Source: an uncultured Bacteroidaceae bacterium (GTDB lineage Bacteria > Bacteroidota > Bacteroidia > Bacteroidales > SM23-62). Taken from it: a stretch of 64,000 nucleotides of DNA. Of this stretch, positions 38,370 through 46,182 are shown piece by piece. The DNA lies in the NCBI GenBank assembly GCA_964406005.1, contig CAYOPZ010000006.1, positions 7,408-71,407 of the forward strand, in the 5' to 3' direction. A program made the translations under genes and the position numbers. The notes under the pieces were generated by a model, which was given only the letters and a program-made list of their open reading frames with translations, searched no databases and was not told the origin of the DNA. The stretch's first letter is position 1; the number at the start of each line of letters is the position of its first letter.

Positions 38370-38401
38370 CAAATTTAGAGAAATATCTAAGCCGATGCAA
38401 A
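38370..38401 (-). promoter_or_regulatory. Bacteroidota-type promoter (-33 TTTG / -7 TAAATTTG) for the XRE-hsdM operon
   Basis: On the minus strand, TTTG (38398-38401), a 20-nt spacer and TAAATTTG (38370-38377) match TTTG-N19-21-TAnnTTTG. The site is about 50 nt upstream of the XRE ATG. Confidence 0.55.
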
Positions 38402-38428
38402 TCTTTATTGATCATAGCTTTCCACAAT

Positions 38429-38462
38429 AAAAAAGCCGGGAAGAACCAAATCTCCCCGGCCG
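38429..38462 (-). terminator. rho-independent terminator after the ankyrin/micro-ORF cassette
   Basis: On the minus strand, gccgggga...cccggc forms a stem (38435-38440 with 38455-38460) and is followed by ttttt. Confidence 0.65.
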
Positions 38463-38482
38463 CCATATTCAGCGCTGCTGCG

Positions 38483-38629
38483 CTAAATAATACATTCGTA
38501 CGGAATGTATAACTCCTCCGGAATTACGTCTCCATCGGCGTTAAAAATGTAGCCGTTCCAATCGTAGATTGGAGCATAGAGGTCGTAATATCCTGTAGAG
38601 GGATCAATTGTAACCACACTTGTTTTCAT
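38483..38629 (-). CDS. 48-aa micro-ORF (hypothetical)
   Basis: Hand-translated as MKTSVVTIDPSTGYYDLYAPIYDWNGYIFNADGDVIPEELYIPYECII. It is below the track size cut-off. It starts 6 nt after the ankyrin gene stop and ends before the terminator. Confidence 0.35.
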   Translation of the reverse strand: MKTSVVTIDPSTGYYDLYAPIYDWNGYIFNADGDVIPEELYIPYECII

Positions 38630-38634
38630 AAATT

Positions 38635-39081
38635 CTACCATTGATAAATATGTTTCATCTCATTAACTAAACGTGTTTTAATTTTTCTTGCACTTCGGTG
38701 CAGGTATTGCTGTACCGCGATATCAAACAACCTTCGGAGTTCAGCAAAGGTTAAAAGTGATGGGTTGAACGCATCAAGAAGAGTTTCCAATAGATCTGGG
38801 TATAGCAACGCAGATTCAAGGACTTCATAGGAAACATCTGCCCCCGCTTTAACCAGGCAACTGGCCACTTTCGTGTATCCATTTCTTATCGTACTAGCAA
38901 GGGTAGAGGTGCCAAACAATTGCATTGCATTAATATCAGCGCCTTTTTCCAATGCGGCAACTACGCCAGGATAGAATCCGTGTCTTGTTGAGCTTAGTAG
39001 CATCTCATCAGCAGATAGACAGGATAATGATTCCCAAATCTCCTGCTCAGTTTTTGGTTTTAAAATCTCACATATCTCCAT
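38635..39081 (-). CDS. ankyrin-repeat protein
   Basis: Two recognisable ANK-like units: GFYPGVVAALEKGADINA and GTSTLASTIRNGYTKVASCLVKAGADVS. Confidence 0.5.
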   Translation of the reverse strand: MEICEILKPKTEQEIWESLSCLSADEMLLSSTRHGFYPGVVAALEKGADINAMQLFGTSTLASTIRNGYTKVASCLVKAGADVSYEVLESALLYPDLLETLLDAFNPSLLTFAELRRLFDIAVQQYLHRSARKIKTRLVNEMKHIYQW

Positions 39082-39253
39082 ATTTCAACATTTTTGATTT
39101 TTCGAGAAAACATAACTTCCCCCTTTAATTTTAGTTTTATATGATCATACCCCCCTCCAGGTTGTTGATTCCCAGTAATTTTTTTAAAAAAAGATTCTCC
39201 GTTGATGGGATATTAATATTTTTACCTCATAACAACCAATAATACAGAGACAT

Positions 39254-39841
39254 ATGAGCATCGCTAATACCTCCACCGTTTGCTCCGGAATTGAATGGAA
39301 TTCTCTCCTGGGGCTGCTGGTAAGGCTAAAAAAAGCAAGACGAAAAAGGGAATACTTGCTGATTGGAACAGGTGCCTACTTAGGTCTTAGGGCTTCAGAT
39401 CTACTGAATTTGCGCTGGTCCGATTTTATGGATAAGGATGAGATAACAATCACCGAGAAGAAGACAGGAAAGGTCCGGCAGATTACAATAAATCCTTCCT
39501 TGAAAGACATCTTATCTCTTGTTTCAGCTGACCTGGCAAAGCAAGGGAATTTCAATATAAATACGTACCTGTTTGCTAATCGCAAAGGAGACAAAGTGTC
39601 CATCCAGTATATAAACAGGTTGCTTAAGAAGACTTTTGCTGACTTTGGGATCAGGACACAAAATGCATCCACCCATACCTTAAGAAAGACTTTCGGGAAA
39701 CGGGTGTGGGAGATGGATGGAAAAAGTGAACGTAGCCTTATTTATCTGTCACAGATTTTCAATCACTCCAGCATCGGAATTACCCGGAGGTATATTGGGA
39801 TTGTGCAGGAAGATATCCGGGATATTTACATGAAGTTGTAA
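39254..39841 (+). CDS. short tyrosine recombinase (catalytic domain only)
   Basis: 195 aa. Arg in GLRASDLLNLRW, HTLRKTF (H-x-x-R), and a C-terminal HSSIGITRRYIG that supplies the Tyr. It lacks the N-terminal core-binding/SAM-like domain. Confidence 0.7.
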   Translation: MSIANTSTVCSGIEWNSLLGLLVRLKKARRKREYLLIGTGAYLGLRASDLLNLRWSDFMDKDEITITEKKTGKVRQITINPSLKDILSLVSADLAKQGNFNINTYLFANRKGDKVSIQYINRLLKKTFADFGIRTQNASTHTLRKTFGKRVWEMDGKSERSLIYLSQIFNHSSIGITRRYIGIVQEDIRDIYMKL

Positions 39842-39842
39842 T

Positions 39843-40292
39843 CTATTGGTCCAGCATGGACCGGTATTCGTTTCCTGGCGAAATTATCAAATGATCCAGC
39901 AAATGGATCTCCAGTGTCTTACATGCCTTGTCAATCCGTTCTGTAATTTTATTATCAGCCTCGCTGGGATTCAGATTCCCGCTTGGATGGTTATGGGCGA
40001 GGATAATACCATGAGCATTTGCTTTAAGAGCATATTGCATCATTAGCTTGATATCAATAACAGTTCCTGTCGTTCCTCCTTTGGAGAGTGATACAATCCC
40101 CAGAACCCTATTCGAGCGATCCAGGAGCAGCATTTTCATTTCTTCTATATGTTCTATCACCTCATTATCCCAGGCCTCCCAGAACACTCCGAATGCATCC
40201 TGGGCATTCTTTATTTGAATCCTGTCAGCCGCCTTAACCTTATTTTTGTATATGAGCTTTACTTCTGAAACCTTATTATACTTTTCTGTCAT
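39843..40292 (-). CDS. radC: RadC-like JAB/MPN domain protein
   Basis: JAMM motif ILAHNHPSGNLNPSEADNKITERI. 149 aa. Confidence 0.85.
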   Translation of the reverse strand: MTEKYNKVSEVKLIYKNKVKAADRIQIKNAQDAFGVFWEAWDNEVIEHIEEMKMLLLDRSNRVLGIVSLSKGGTTGTVIDIKLMMQYALKANAHGIILAHNHPSGNLNPSEADNKITERIDKACKTLEIHLLDHLIISPGNEYRSMLDQ

Positions 40293-40355
40293 TTACACAG
40301 GTAAAAAAAGGCCTGAAGATCACTCGACAGGCCATTCCAACACAATCGAATACGA

Positions 40356-40628
40356 TTACTTTTCAGGCAGTTGTTTCTCAAGTTCTGTGACCTCATTCCT
40401 GGTATCTGTAATCTTTTTGACAACAGAATTGTCAATGGGAAATCCTACATCTTTCATAGCATTTACCATCTTCTCCATCTTTTTAATTTCGCTGTTCTTC
40501 TCCCGGATACGTTTCTTAATATCGGTAATGACACCCTTGTTTACCATGGTGAGGACCCTGGCAATAGTTTCCTTGTCGGGATTACTTTTCACCCATTCAT
40601 CGATTGTTTTAAAGAATTTAATTTCCAT
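40356..40628 (-). CDS. hypothetical protein (coiled-coil)
   Basis: 90-aa ORF in AT-rich DNA, co-oriented with radC and int. No family recognised. Confidence 0.5.
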   Translation of the reverse strand: MEIKFFKTIDEWVKSNPDKETIARVLTMVNKGVITDIKKRIREKNSEIKKMEKMVNAMKDVGFPIDNSVVKKITDTRNEVTELEKQLPEK

Positions 40629-40870
40629 AGTGCTGTGTTTGAATTAAACAACTGGTTTACTGGGTAATAATAACTATTTACCATGACCGGGGATAATCCT
40701 GATTATGTATTGAATTGCACAAATCGTATTGTAATTCTATGACAGTCTATTACAAACTGCCCGTATGCACCCAGGATGTATACATATTCCAGGAATAGTA
40801 TCTATCATCTTCCCTAATAGAGTGTCCCAGATGGCCTCTGTTGAGCCCTAGGGGTAAATAAAGTGTCTGA

Positions 40871-42106
40871 TTAAAGGTCAAGTAATTTCCTGTTCCATTC
40901 ACGCTTAGTTTCGAGGTCAAATGATGCAAGGTAACTTTCTGTAGTTCGGATATCGGAATGACCAAGGCTTTCTGAAATGAATGTCAAAGGAGCACCTTTC
41001 TGTTTCAGTATTGTTGCATAGCTATGGCGGGCAACATAGGTGGTAACCGGGACCGAAATATTAAGAGAACTAGCAATATTTTTCATTTCTGAATTAACAT
41101 CCTTGTAGAAATCATGCACACGATCATGGACTTGTTCAGGGTTTAGACCTGATTTCAGAATGGGAAACACAAAATTATCAGGAAGTCTGTCAGGATTTCC
41201 CCATTTGTCTATTATTTCCTGTATCTCTGGCTCTAATGGAATTACAATAGGTCTTTGTTTCCTCCGGGAATTTCGGGTCTTCGTCCGAATAAATGCAATC
41301 TGGTCTTTATCAATGTTTTTATATTTCAGGTTAGCCATGTCTTTCGAGTTTATGCCATTACACATAAAAATAAATAACCACATATCCCTTGCCCATTCTT
41401 CCCTTGTCCCTGGTCCAGGCTGGTAATTCTGTATTTTCTTAAGATCGGCTATATGCAGAGCCTTTTTAATATTCTGACTTACGGGTATCTCATATTTCCC
41501 CTTTCCGAATGGATACTGATCAATTGCAGCCACTCCATCCTTAATAGCTTTATTAAAAACCACACGGACAGTTCTCAGGTACATGCCAACGGTTGATGAA
41601 CTGTTGCCATTCTTTTCCATGTTTCGCTGATATGACTTTAGCCATTCAACTGTAATATCATCAAAGGATAAATAACCATTCCTGGAGAAGCCTTTCACGG
41701 AATTTAAGGCGCATTCTGCCATTTTCATGGAGCTAATCCTCCCCTCTGCTTTTGCCTTATTGACTTCCTGTTGTAAATACGTAATGGCATTATTTCGAGT
41801 ACTCCTTGGACGAAAGAATCTAGTTTCGAACTGAGTGAAGGAGAATGGGTCCATTTCCCCAATGATGGCATTCGCCTTCGACTCTATTTCCAGAAGTTCT
41901 ATTTTCAGATCCCGGAGAGAACCACGAACATTCCCGTTGTTCATTCGTTGAAAATCTTCCTCTAACACCGAATACTTAAGTCCGTAATATTTTGGCTTCC
42001 TATTATAGGTTACCCGTAACTGAATTTTCTGTCTTCCATCCGTTTTACTTTTCTTTGACCGATGGGCCAAAACGATCTTCACTGTTGCTTTGCTTCTGCT
42101 AATCAT
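40871..42106 (-). CDS. tyrosine site-specific integrase (Bacteroidota element type, with N-terminal arm-binding and SAM-like domains)
   Basis: 411 aa. The N-terminus (KATVKIVLAHRSKKSKTDGRQKIQLRVTYNRKPKY) is typical of Arm-DNA-binding integrases. Catalytic region is ARHSYATIL ... LGHSDIRTTESYL. It lies 212 bp from attR. Confidence 0.9.
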   Translation of the reverse strand: MISRSKATVKIVLAHRSKKSKTDGRQKIQLRVTYNRKPKYYGLKYSVLEEDFQRMNNGNVRGSLRDLKIELLEIESKANAIIGEMDPFSFTQFETRFFRPRSTRNNAITYLQQEVNKAKAEGRISSMKMAECALNSVKGFSRNGYLSFDDITVEWLKSYQRNMEKNGNSSSTVGMYLRTVRVVFNKAIKDGVAAIDQYPFGKGKYEIPVSQNIKKALHIADLKKIQNYQPGPGTREEWARDMWLFIFMCNGINSKDMANLKYKNIDKDQIAFIRTKTRNSRRKQRPIVIPLEPEIQEIIDKWGNPDRLPDNFVFPILKSGLNPEQVHDRVHDFYKDVNSEMKNIASSLNISVPVTTYVARHSYATILKQKGAPLTFISESLGHSDIRTTESYLASFDLETKREWNRKLLDL

Positions 42107-42183
42107 AATATCACCTTTATAATTTAATAGTGATATGCAGCAACAGGAGCCGCGTTCTCAAAATGGCCAAATAAATTTTCGCA

Positions 42184-42205
42184 GGATAAACATTTGAATA
42201 AACAA
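42184..42205 (+). repeat. 22-bp repeat ggataaacatttgaataaacaa (candidate integrase arm-type site, right)
   Basis: Exact copy of 1673..1694. It lies between the integrase start and attR, 112 bp from the core. Confidence 0.6.
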
Positions 42206-42317
42206 GGATGGGAGATAATGGAAAACAACTGCAAACAGGAGAAAAATAGAAGTATTGGTTATCAATTACTTGGAAGAGAACATCAAAAAATGGAAAACAC
42301 CGGAAACAAAAAATATT

Positions 42318-42363
42318 TGACTCATAATCAGGGGGTCGCTGGTTCGAGCCCAGCTGGGCCCAC
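42318..42363 (+). repeat. attR core: 46-bp direct repeat (orphan tRNA 3' half)
   Basis: Identical to 1575..1620. There is no matching tRNA 5' half upstream, so it is not a functional tRNA. Confidence 0.9.
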
Positions 42364-42370
42364 CATCGAT

Positions 42371-42410
42371 AACCAACCACCCGAAGTAACGTCCGGGTGG
42401 TTGGTTTTTT
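42371..42410 (+). terminator. rho-independent terminator (probable original tRNA terminator)
   Basis: Perfect 13-bp stem, aaccaaccacccg (42371-42383) with cgggtggttggtt (42394-42406), running into tttttt. Confidence 0.75.
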
Positions 42411-42483
42411 GTTGGAAAGTGGATATTGCTTCTGTGGTTTGTATGCACTATTTTTGACTTAATAACTGCAATAGTCAAAACGA

Positions 42484-43071
42484 ATGCCGGAAACAGATGT
42501 AAAAAGCCAGATTGTTGTATCTGCAACAAAATACTTCTCCAAATACGGCTTTCATAAGACCACTATGGAAGAGATTGCAAAGAACATCCATAAGGCAAAA
42601 GGGGTACTATATTACTATTTTAGAAACAAAGAGGAACTGTTTAACGAGGTATTGAAACAGGAACTGGGAACGCTGAAAACCGCATTGCTCAAAATCGTTC
42701 ACAGTAATAAAAATTCCCTGGCCATACTTACCGACTACATGCTTACCCGATTCAAGCTGTTGAATCAGGCGGTCAACTATCACGAGACCCTGAAAGCCGA
42801 TTTTTTTGAAAAATACCATTTTGTAAAGGATGTAATGGATGATTTTGAAAATTTCGAACAGGTCCAGCTAACCGCCATTATTGAAAAAGGCAATGCAGAA
42901 GGATACCTGAATGTAAAAGATATTCGCCCTACCGTTGATGTAGCGATGATGATCATTAAAAGCATAGAAATTCCGCTGTTCCTTCAGGATAAATATGAAG
43001 TATATAAAAATACACTGCATGATTTGATCGATATGATCACCGGCGGTCTTAGCATTAATCATAAGTCATAA
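42484..43071 (+). CDS. TetR/AcrR-family transcriptional regulator
   Basis: N-terminal HTH, FHKTTMEEIAKNIHKAKGVLYYYFRNKEELF. 195 aa. Confidence 0.85.
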   Translation: MPETDVKSQIVVSATKYFSKYGFHKTTMEEIAKNIHKAKGVLYYYFRNKEELFNEVLKQELGTLKTALLKIVHSNKNSLAILTDYMLTRFKLLNQAVNYHETLKADFFEKYHFVKDVMDDFENFEQVQLTAIIEKGNAEGYLNVKDIRPTVDVAMMIIKSIEIPLFLQDKYEVYKNTLHDLIDMITGGLSINHKS

Positions 43072-43090
43072 TGGACTTTTTTTAACAATT

Positions 43091-43162
43091 ATTTGACCAG
43101 AAAACATAATTGGTCAAATATTTTTATTATATTTGCGTTGACTATAAAACAAAAACGGTCAA
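43091..43162 (+). promoter_or_regulatory. promoter/operator region of the MMPL exporter gene
   Basis: Perfect palindrome atttgacca-N11-tggtcaaat (43091-43119). A -7 box TATATTTG at 43128-43135. A second TTGAC-N15-GTCAA at 43138-43162. Confidence 0.55.
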
Positions 43163-43170
43163 TAAGTAAA

Positions 43171-45441
43171 GTGCAGAAATTTGCTGGAAGAATCATTAAG
43201 CTCAGATGGGTAATCGTTTGCAGTGTTTTAGGGCTAACGATTTTCTTTGGTTATCAGATCAGGAATATAACCATCAATTCCGATATACTGAGTACGCTGC
43301 CCGATGATGATCCGGCGGGGCATTTGTATAAGAGCATAGGAGATCAATACGGAGGAAATGATATCGGCATGATTGTCCTGGAAACGGACGATGTGTTCAA
43401 TAAAGAGGTGTTGCAGCACATAAGGCAGATCACGGACAGCCTGAAAATTACCCCGGGTGTTTCAACCGTAACAAGCCTGACCAACATCATTGATATTAAA
43501 AGCTCGGAATGGGGTATCGAAATCGGGAATCTTGTCGATGAGTACGATCTGCCCGACGAACCCTCCGAATTGGACAGCCTCAGGAACTATGTTTACTCCA
43601 ATGACATGTATAGAGGGACAATCGTGTCGGAGGACGGAAAAGCCACAGTCATATTATTTACATTTTTTCCGGATGTTGACAGGCAGGAGATCGCATCGGG
43701 TATAAAGGCCGTGGTCGAAAAACTGGATCTCTACGAGAACGTTTATTATGGAGGATTGCCCTTTATGTTGGACGATATTACAGAATTGCTCCTGTCGGAT
43801 ATGCTTTGGCTCATACCCTTTGTGTTTGTAATCATTGCCCTGATACTGGTATTGGGTTTCAGATCCTTTCGGGGAATGCTGTTACCCCTGCTTACCGCAG
43901 GAATTACGGTTGTATGGACACTGGGTGTCATGGCCCTGGCGGGATTTGAGATTACCATTGTCTCCAACTTCATGCCGGTAATACTGCTCTCTCTCGCAAG
44001 CGCATACACCATCCATGTACTGAACAGTGTAAATCTGAATCCCGAAAGCGACCGGAAACAGGCTTTGGTGAAAGCGATGGTCTTTACCATAATTCCCGTG
44101 ATCCTGGCGGCAGTAACCACAGCCATCGGGTTCGTCTCTTTCGTATTTGGGGCATACCTCACGATGATCAAGGAATTTGGCATTTGCAGTGCCATCGGCA
44201 TATCGATAGCTCTGTTACTGTCGGTATTCTTCGTTCCTGCAGTTATTTCAGCATTTTCGATGCACGGAAGGAAACGCAATGCTGAAAAAGCAGGCAAGAA
44301 CACTCTGTTGACCCGTCTTCTGCTCCGGCCCATGGTAAATCTTCTTCTCAAACATCCAAAACATGTAATTGCGGTCTGGAGCATCATTATGCTGGTAAGC
44401 GTAGGCGGTATTTTCTTAATAAGGACAAGTGTAAACATCACCGAATATTTCAAGAAGGACAATCCCACCAGGGTAGCAGAGAGCGTAATGCAAAAAAAGT
44501 TCGGTGGTTCCTTGGCGGTTTTCGTTGAGTTTGAAGGAGATATACAGGAACCGGATGTGTTGAAGATGATGATCAGAACCGAAGAATTCATGAAGACGGA
44601 CCCGAATATATCCTCAGCACAGTCGGTGGCAGATCTTGTCGAAAGGATGAATGATGCTATGGGAGAAGGGAAAAAAATTCCGGATGAGAAAGCCAAGATT
44701 GAACAATTATGGTTTTTACTGGATGGCCAGGATGTTATGGATCAGATGGTTTCAGATGATCTGGACAGAGGGATTATTCAATCCAAGTTTGCATCCATTG
44801 AAACCAAAGAAATAGAATCCTTTACCCAAAAGATGAACCGGTTTATTGAGGAAAACTCAAACGATGATTACAAAATAAACTTTACAGGAATACCCCCCCT
44901 GTATGTAAAGCTCAACGACAGCCTTGTAAAAAGCCAATACAGCAGCCTGATCATTGCCATCATCATGGTCCTGTTGTTTATAGGAGTCATTATGCGTTCT
45001 TTTATAAACGGCGTACACGCCACCATCCCCATCCTTGCCACCATTCTGCTGTTACTGGGTTTCATGGGCTTTTTCGGAATTGCGCTCGATATAGCAACGG
45101 TTCTTGTGGGAAGCATTGCCCTGGGTATAGGCATTGATTATTCCATCCATGTGATCACCGGATTTAACGTTCATCTGAATAATCATGGGAATGCTGAAAC
45201 GGCTGTTGAAGAAACCATCCTGACAAAGGGTAAAGCGGTTATCATCAATGCAACCTCTGTAGCAGCCGGATTCCTTATGTTGTTATTTGCTCAAATATTA
45301 CCCATACAAAATTTCGGATTGCTTATTGCTATCAGCATGGTAGGCTCCGGACTGGGTGCATTGACGCTTTTACCCGCAATACTATTATTGTCTAACCGTA
45401 AGCGTTCCATATCACAACGAAGTAGTAATGTAACATTTTGA
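43171..45441 (+). CDS. MMPL/RND-superfamily exporter
   Basis: Two 6-TM bundles alternate with two large soluble loops. About 756 aa from the GTG at 43171 (MQKFAGRIIKLRW...). The track start at 43093 would translate the operator/promoter region. Confidence 0.8.
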   Translation: MQKFAGRIIKLRWVIVCSVLGLTIFFGYQIRNITINSDILSTLPDDDPAGHLYKSIGDQYGGNDIGMIVLETDDVFNKEVLQHIRQITDSLKITPGVSTVTSLTNIIDIKSSEWGIEIGNLVDEYDLPDEPSELDSLRNYVYSNDMYRGTIVSEDGKATVILFTFFPDVDRQEIASGIKAVVEKLDLYENVYYGGLPFMLDDITELLLSDMLWLIPFVFVIIALILVLGFRSFRGMLLPLLTAGITVVWTLGVMALAGFEITIVSNFMPVILLSLASAYTIHVLNSVNLNPESDRKQALVKAMVFTIIPVILAAVTTAIGFVSFVFGAYLTMIKEFGICSAIGISIALLLSVFFVPAVISAFSMHGRKRNAEKAGKNTLLTRLLLRPMVNLLLKHPKHVIAVWSIIMLVSVGGIFLIRTSVNITEYFKKDNPTRVAESVMQKKFGGSLAVFVEFEGDIQEPDVLKMMIRTEEFMKTDPNISSAQSVADLVERMNDAMGEGKKIPDEKAKIEQLWFLLDGQDVMDQMVSDDLDRGIIQSKFASIETKEIESFTQKMNRFIEENSNDDYKINFTGIPPLYVKLNDSLVKSQYSSLIIAIIMVLLFIGVIMRSFINGVHATIPILATILLLLGFMGFFGIALDIATVLVGSIALGIGIDYSIHVITGFNVHLNNHGNAETAVEETILTKGKAVIINATSVAAGFLMLLFAQILPIQNFGLLIAISMVGSGLGALTLLPAILLLSNRKRSISQRSSNVTF

Positions 45442-45444
45442 CAT

Positions 45445-46182
45445 ATGAAACGAAGAACACAAACAGCGATTATTTTCCTGATGACACTAGCAGGAAGCGT
45501 ATTATCTGCTCATGCACAGGAAGATGCCAGCTCCATATTAAAGAATATGGACCGGGTATTGTACGGACCCAAAGACATGACGGGAACCAACACGATTATT
45601 TTAATCGACCGGAACGGCAGGCAGGAAATCCGCGAAGCAAGTATAAAGCAAAAAGGGACGGATAAACGCATCATGCGCTTTTCCTCACCTGCATCGCAGG
45701 CAGGGATCGCCGTCCTGGCATTACCGGATGATGTTATGTACATGTATTTACCCGCATACGGAAAAGAAAGGCGCATTTCAGCCAGCGTGAAGAATCAGAA
45801 TTTTGCAGGCACCGATTTCTCCTATGATGATATTGAGCCCAAACCGTACTCGGATAAATACACACCAAAACTGATCCATAATGAAGGGAATGTTTTTGTG
45901 CTGGAACTCATTCCAAAGGGAAGATCGGATTATTCCAAAATTATAGCACACATCCATAAGACGCATTATTACCCGGTTTACATGGAGTACTATGATAAGG
46001 GAAACAAGAAGATTAAAGAGGCTAAATACACCTTTGTAAAAGCAGGAAAATACTGGAATGCAACAGAAATCGAGATGAAGAATTTAAAAAAAGATCACGT
46101 CACAAAAATGCAGACATCGGATGTTGAATACGACAAGGGCCTGTCCGATGATGAATTTACAGTCAGAAAACTGAAACAATGA
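45445..46182 (+). CDS. LolA-like outer membrane lipoprotein-sorting protein
   Basis: Signal peptide. The pattern ...MYMYLPAYGKERRISASVKNQNFAGTDFSYDDI... matches the LolA_like family signature (LP....RRIS....F.GSDFSYEDL). Confidence 0.7.
   Translation: MKRRTQTAIIFLMTLAGSVLSAHAQEDASSILKNMDRVLYGPKDMTGTNTIILIDRNGRQEIREASIKQKGTDKRIMRFSSPASQAGIAVLALPDDVMYMYLPAYGKERRISASVKNQNFAGTDFSYDDIEPKPYSDKYTPKLIHNEGNVFVLELIPKGRSDYSKIIAHIHKTHYYPVYMEYYDKGNKKIKEAKYTFVKAGKYWNATEIEMKNLKKDHVTKMQTSDVEYDKGLSDDEFTVRKLKQ

Larger units (their letters stand above)
1575..42363. mobile_element. tRNA-integrated genomic island, about 40.7 kb (integrase + xis-like HTH + primase-helicase; defence and envelope cargo)
   Basis: Bounded by a perfect 46-bp direct repeat of the tRNA 3' half. 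A tyrosine integrase lies 212 bp inside the right repeat. Base composition switches sharply from GC-rich to AT-rich at the left junction. An excisionase-type HTH and a VirE/VapE-like gene sit near the left end. Confidence 0.85.

Noticed and set aside
35278-39841. Phase-variable hsdS shufflon driven by the short tyrosine recombinase
   Set aside because: Only one hsdS gene is present. I found no silent half-hsdS copies and no long inverted repeats between 38.3 and 39.3 kb. This needs a computed repeat search to exclude fully.
40750-40965. 71-aa minus-strand ORF at the integrase 3' end
   Set aside because: It overlaps the integrase stop region in another frame. It has no motif and no separate start context.
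42117-42529. Three 87-aa ORFs spanning the attR region, and likewise 1557..1769 at attL
   Set aside because: They read through the tRNA remnant, the terminator hairpin and the arm-type repeat. These are better explained as recombination and termination sites.
43746-44696. 316-aa minus-strand ORF
   Set aside because: It is antisense to the MMPL exporter gene. The sequence is serine/threonine/isoleucine-rich with no motif. The + strand frame has a coherent TM topology.
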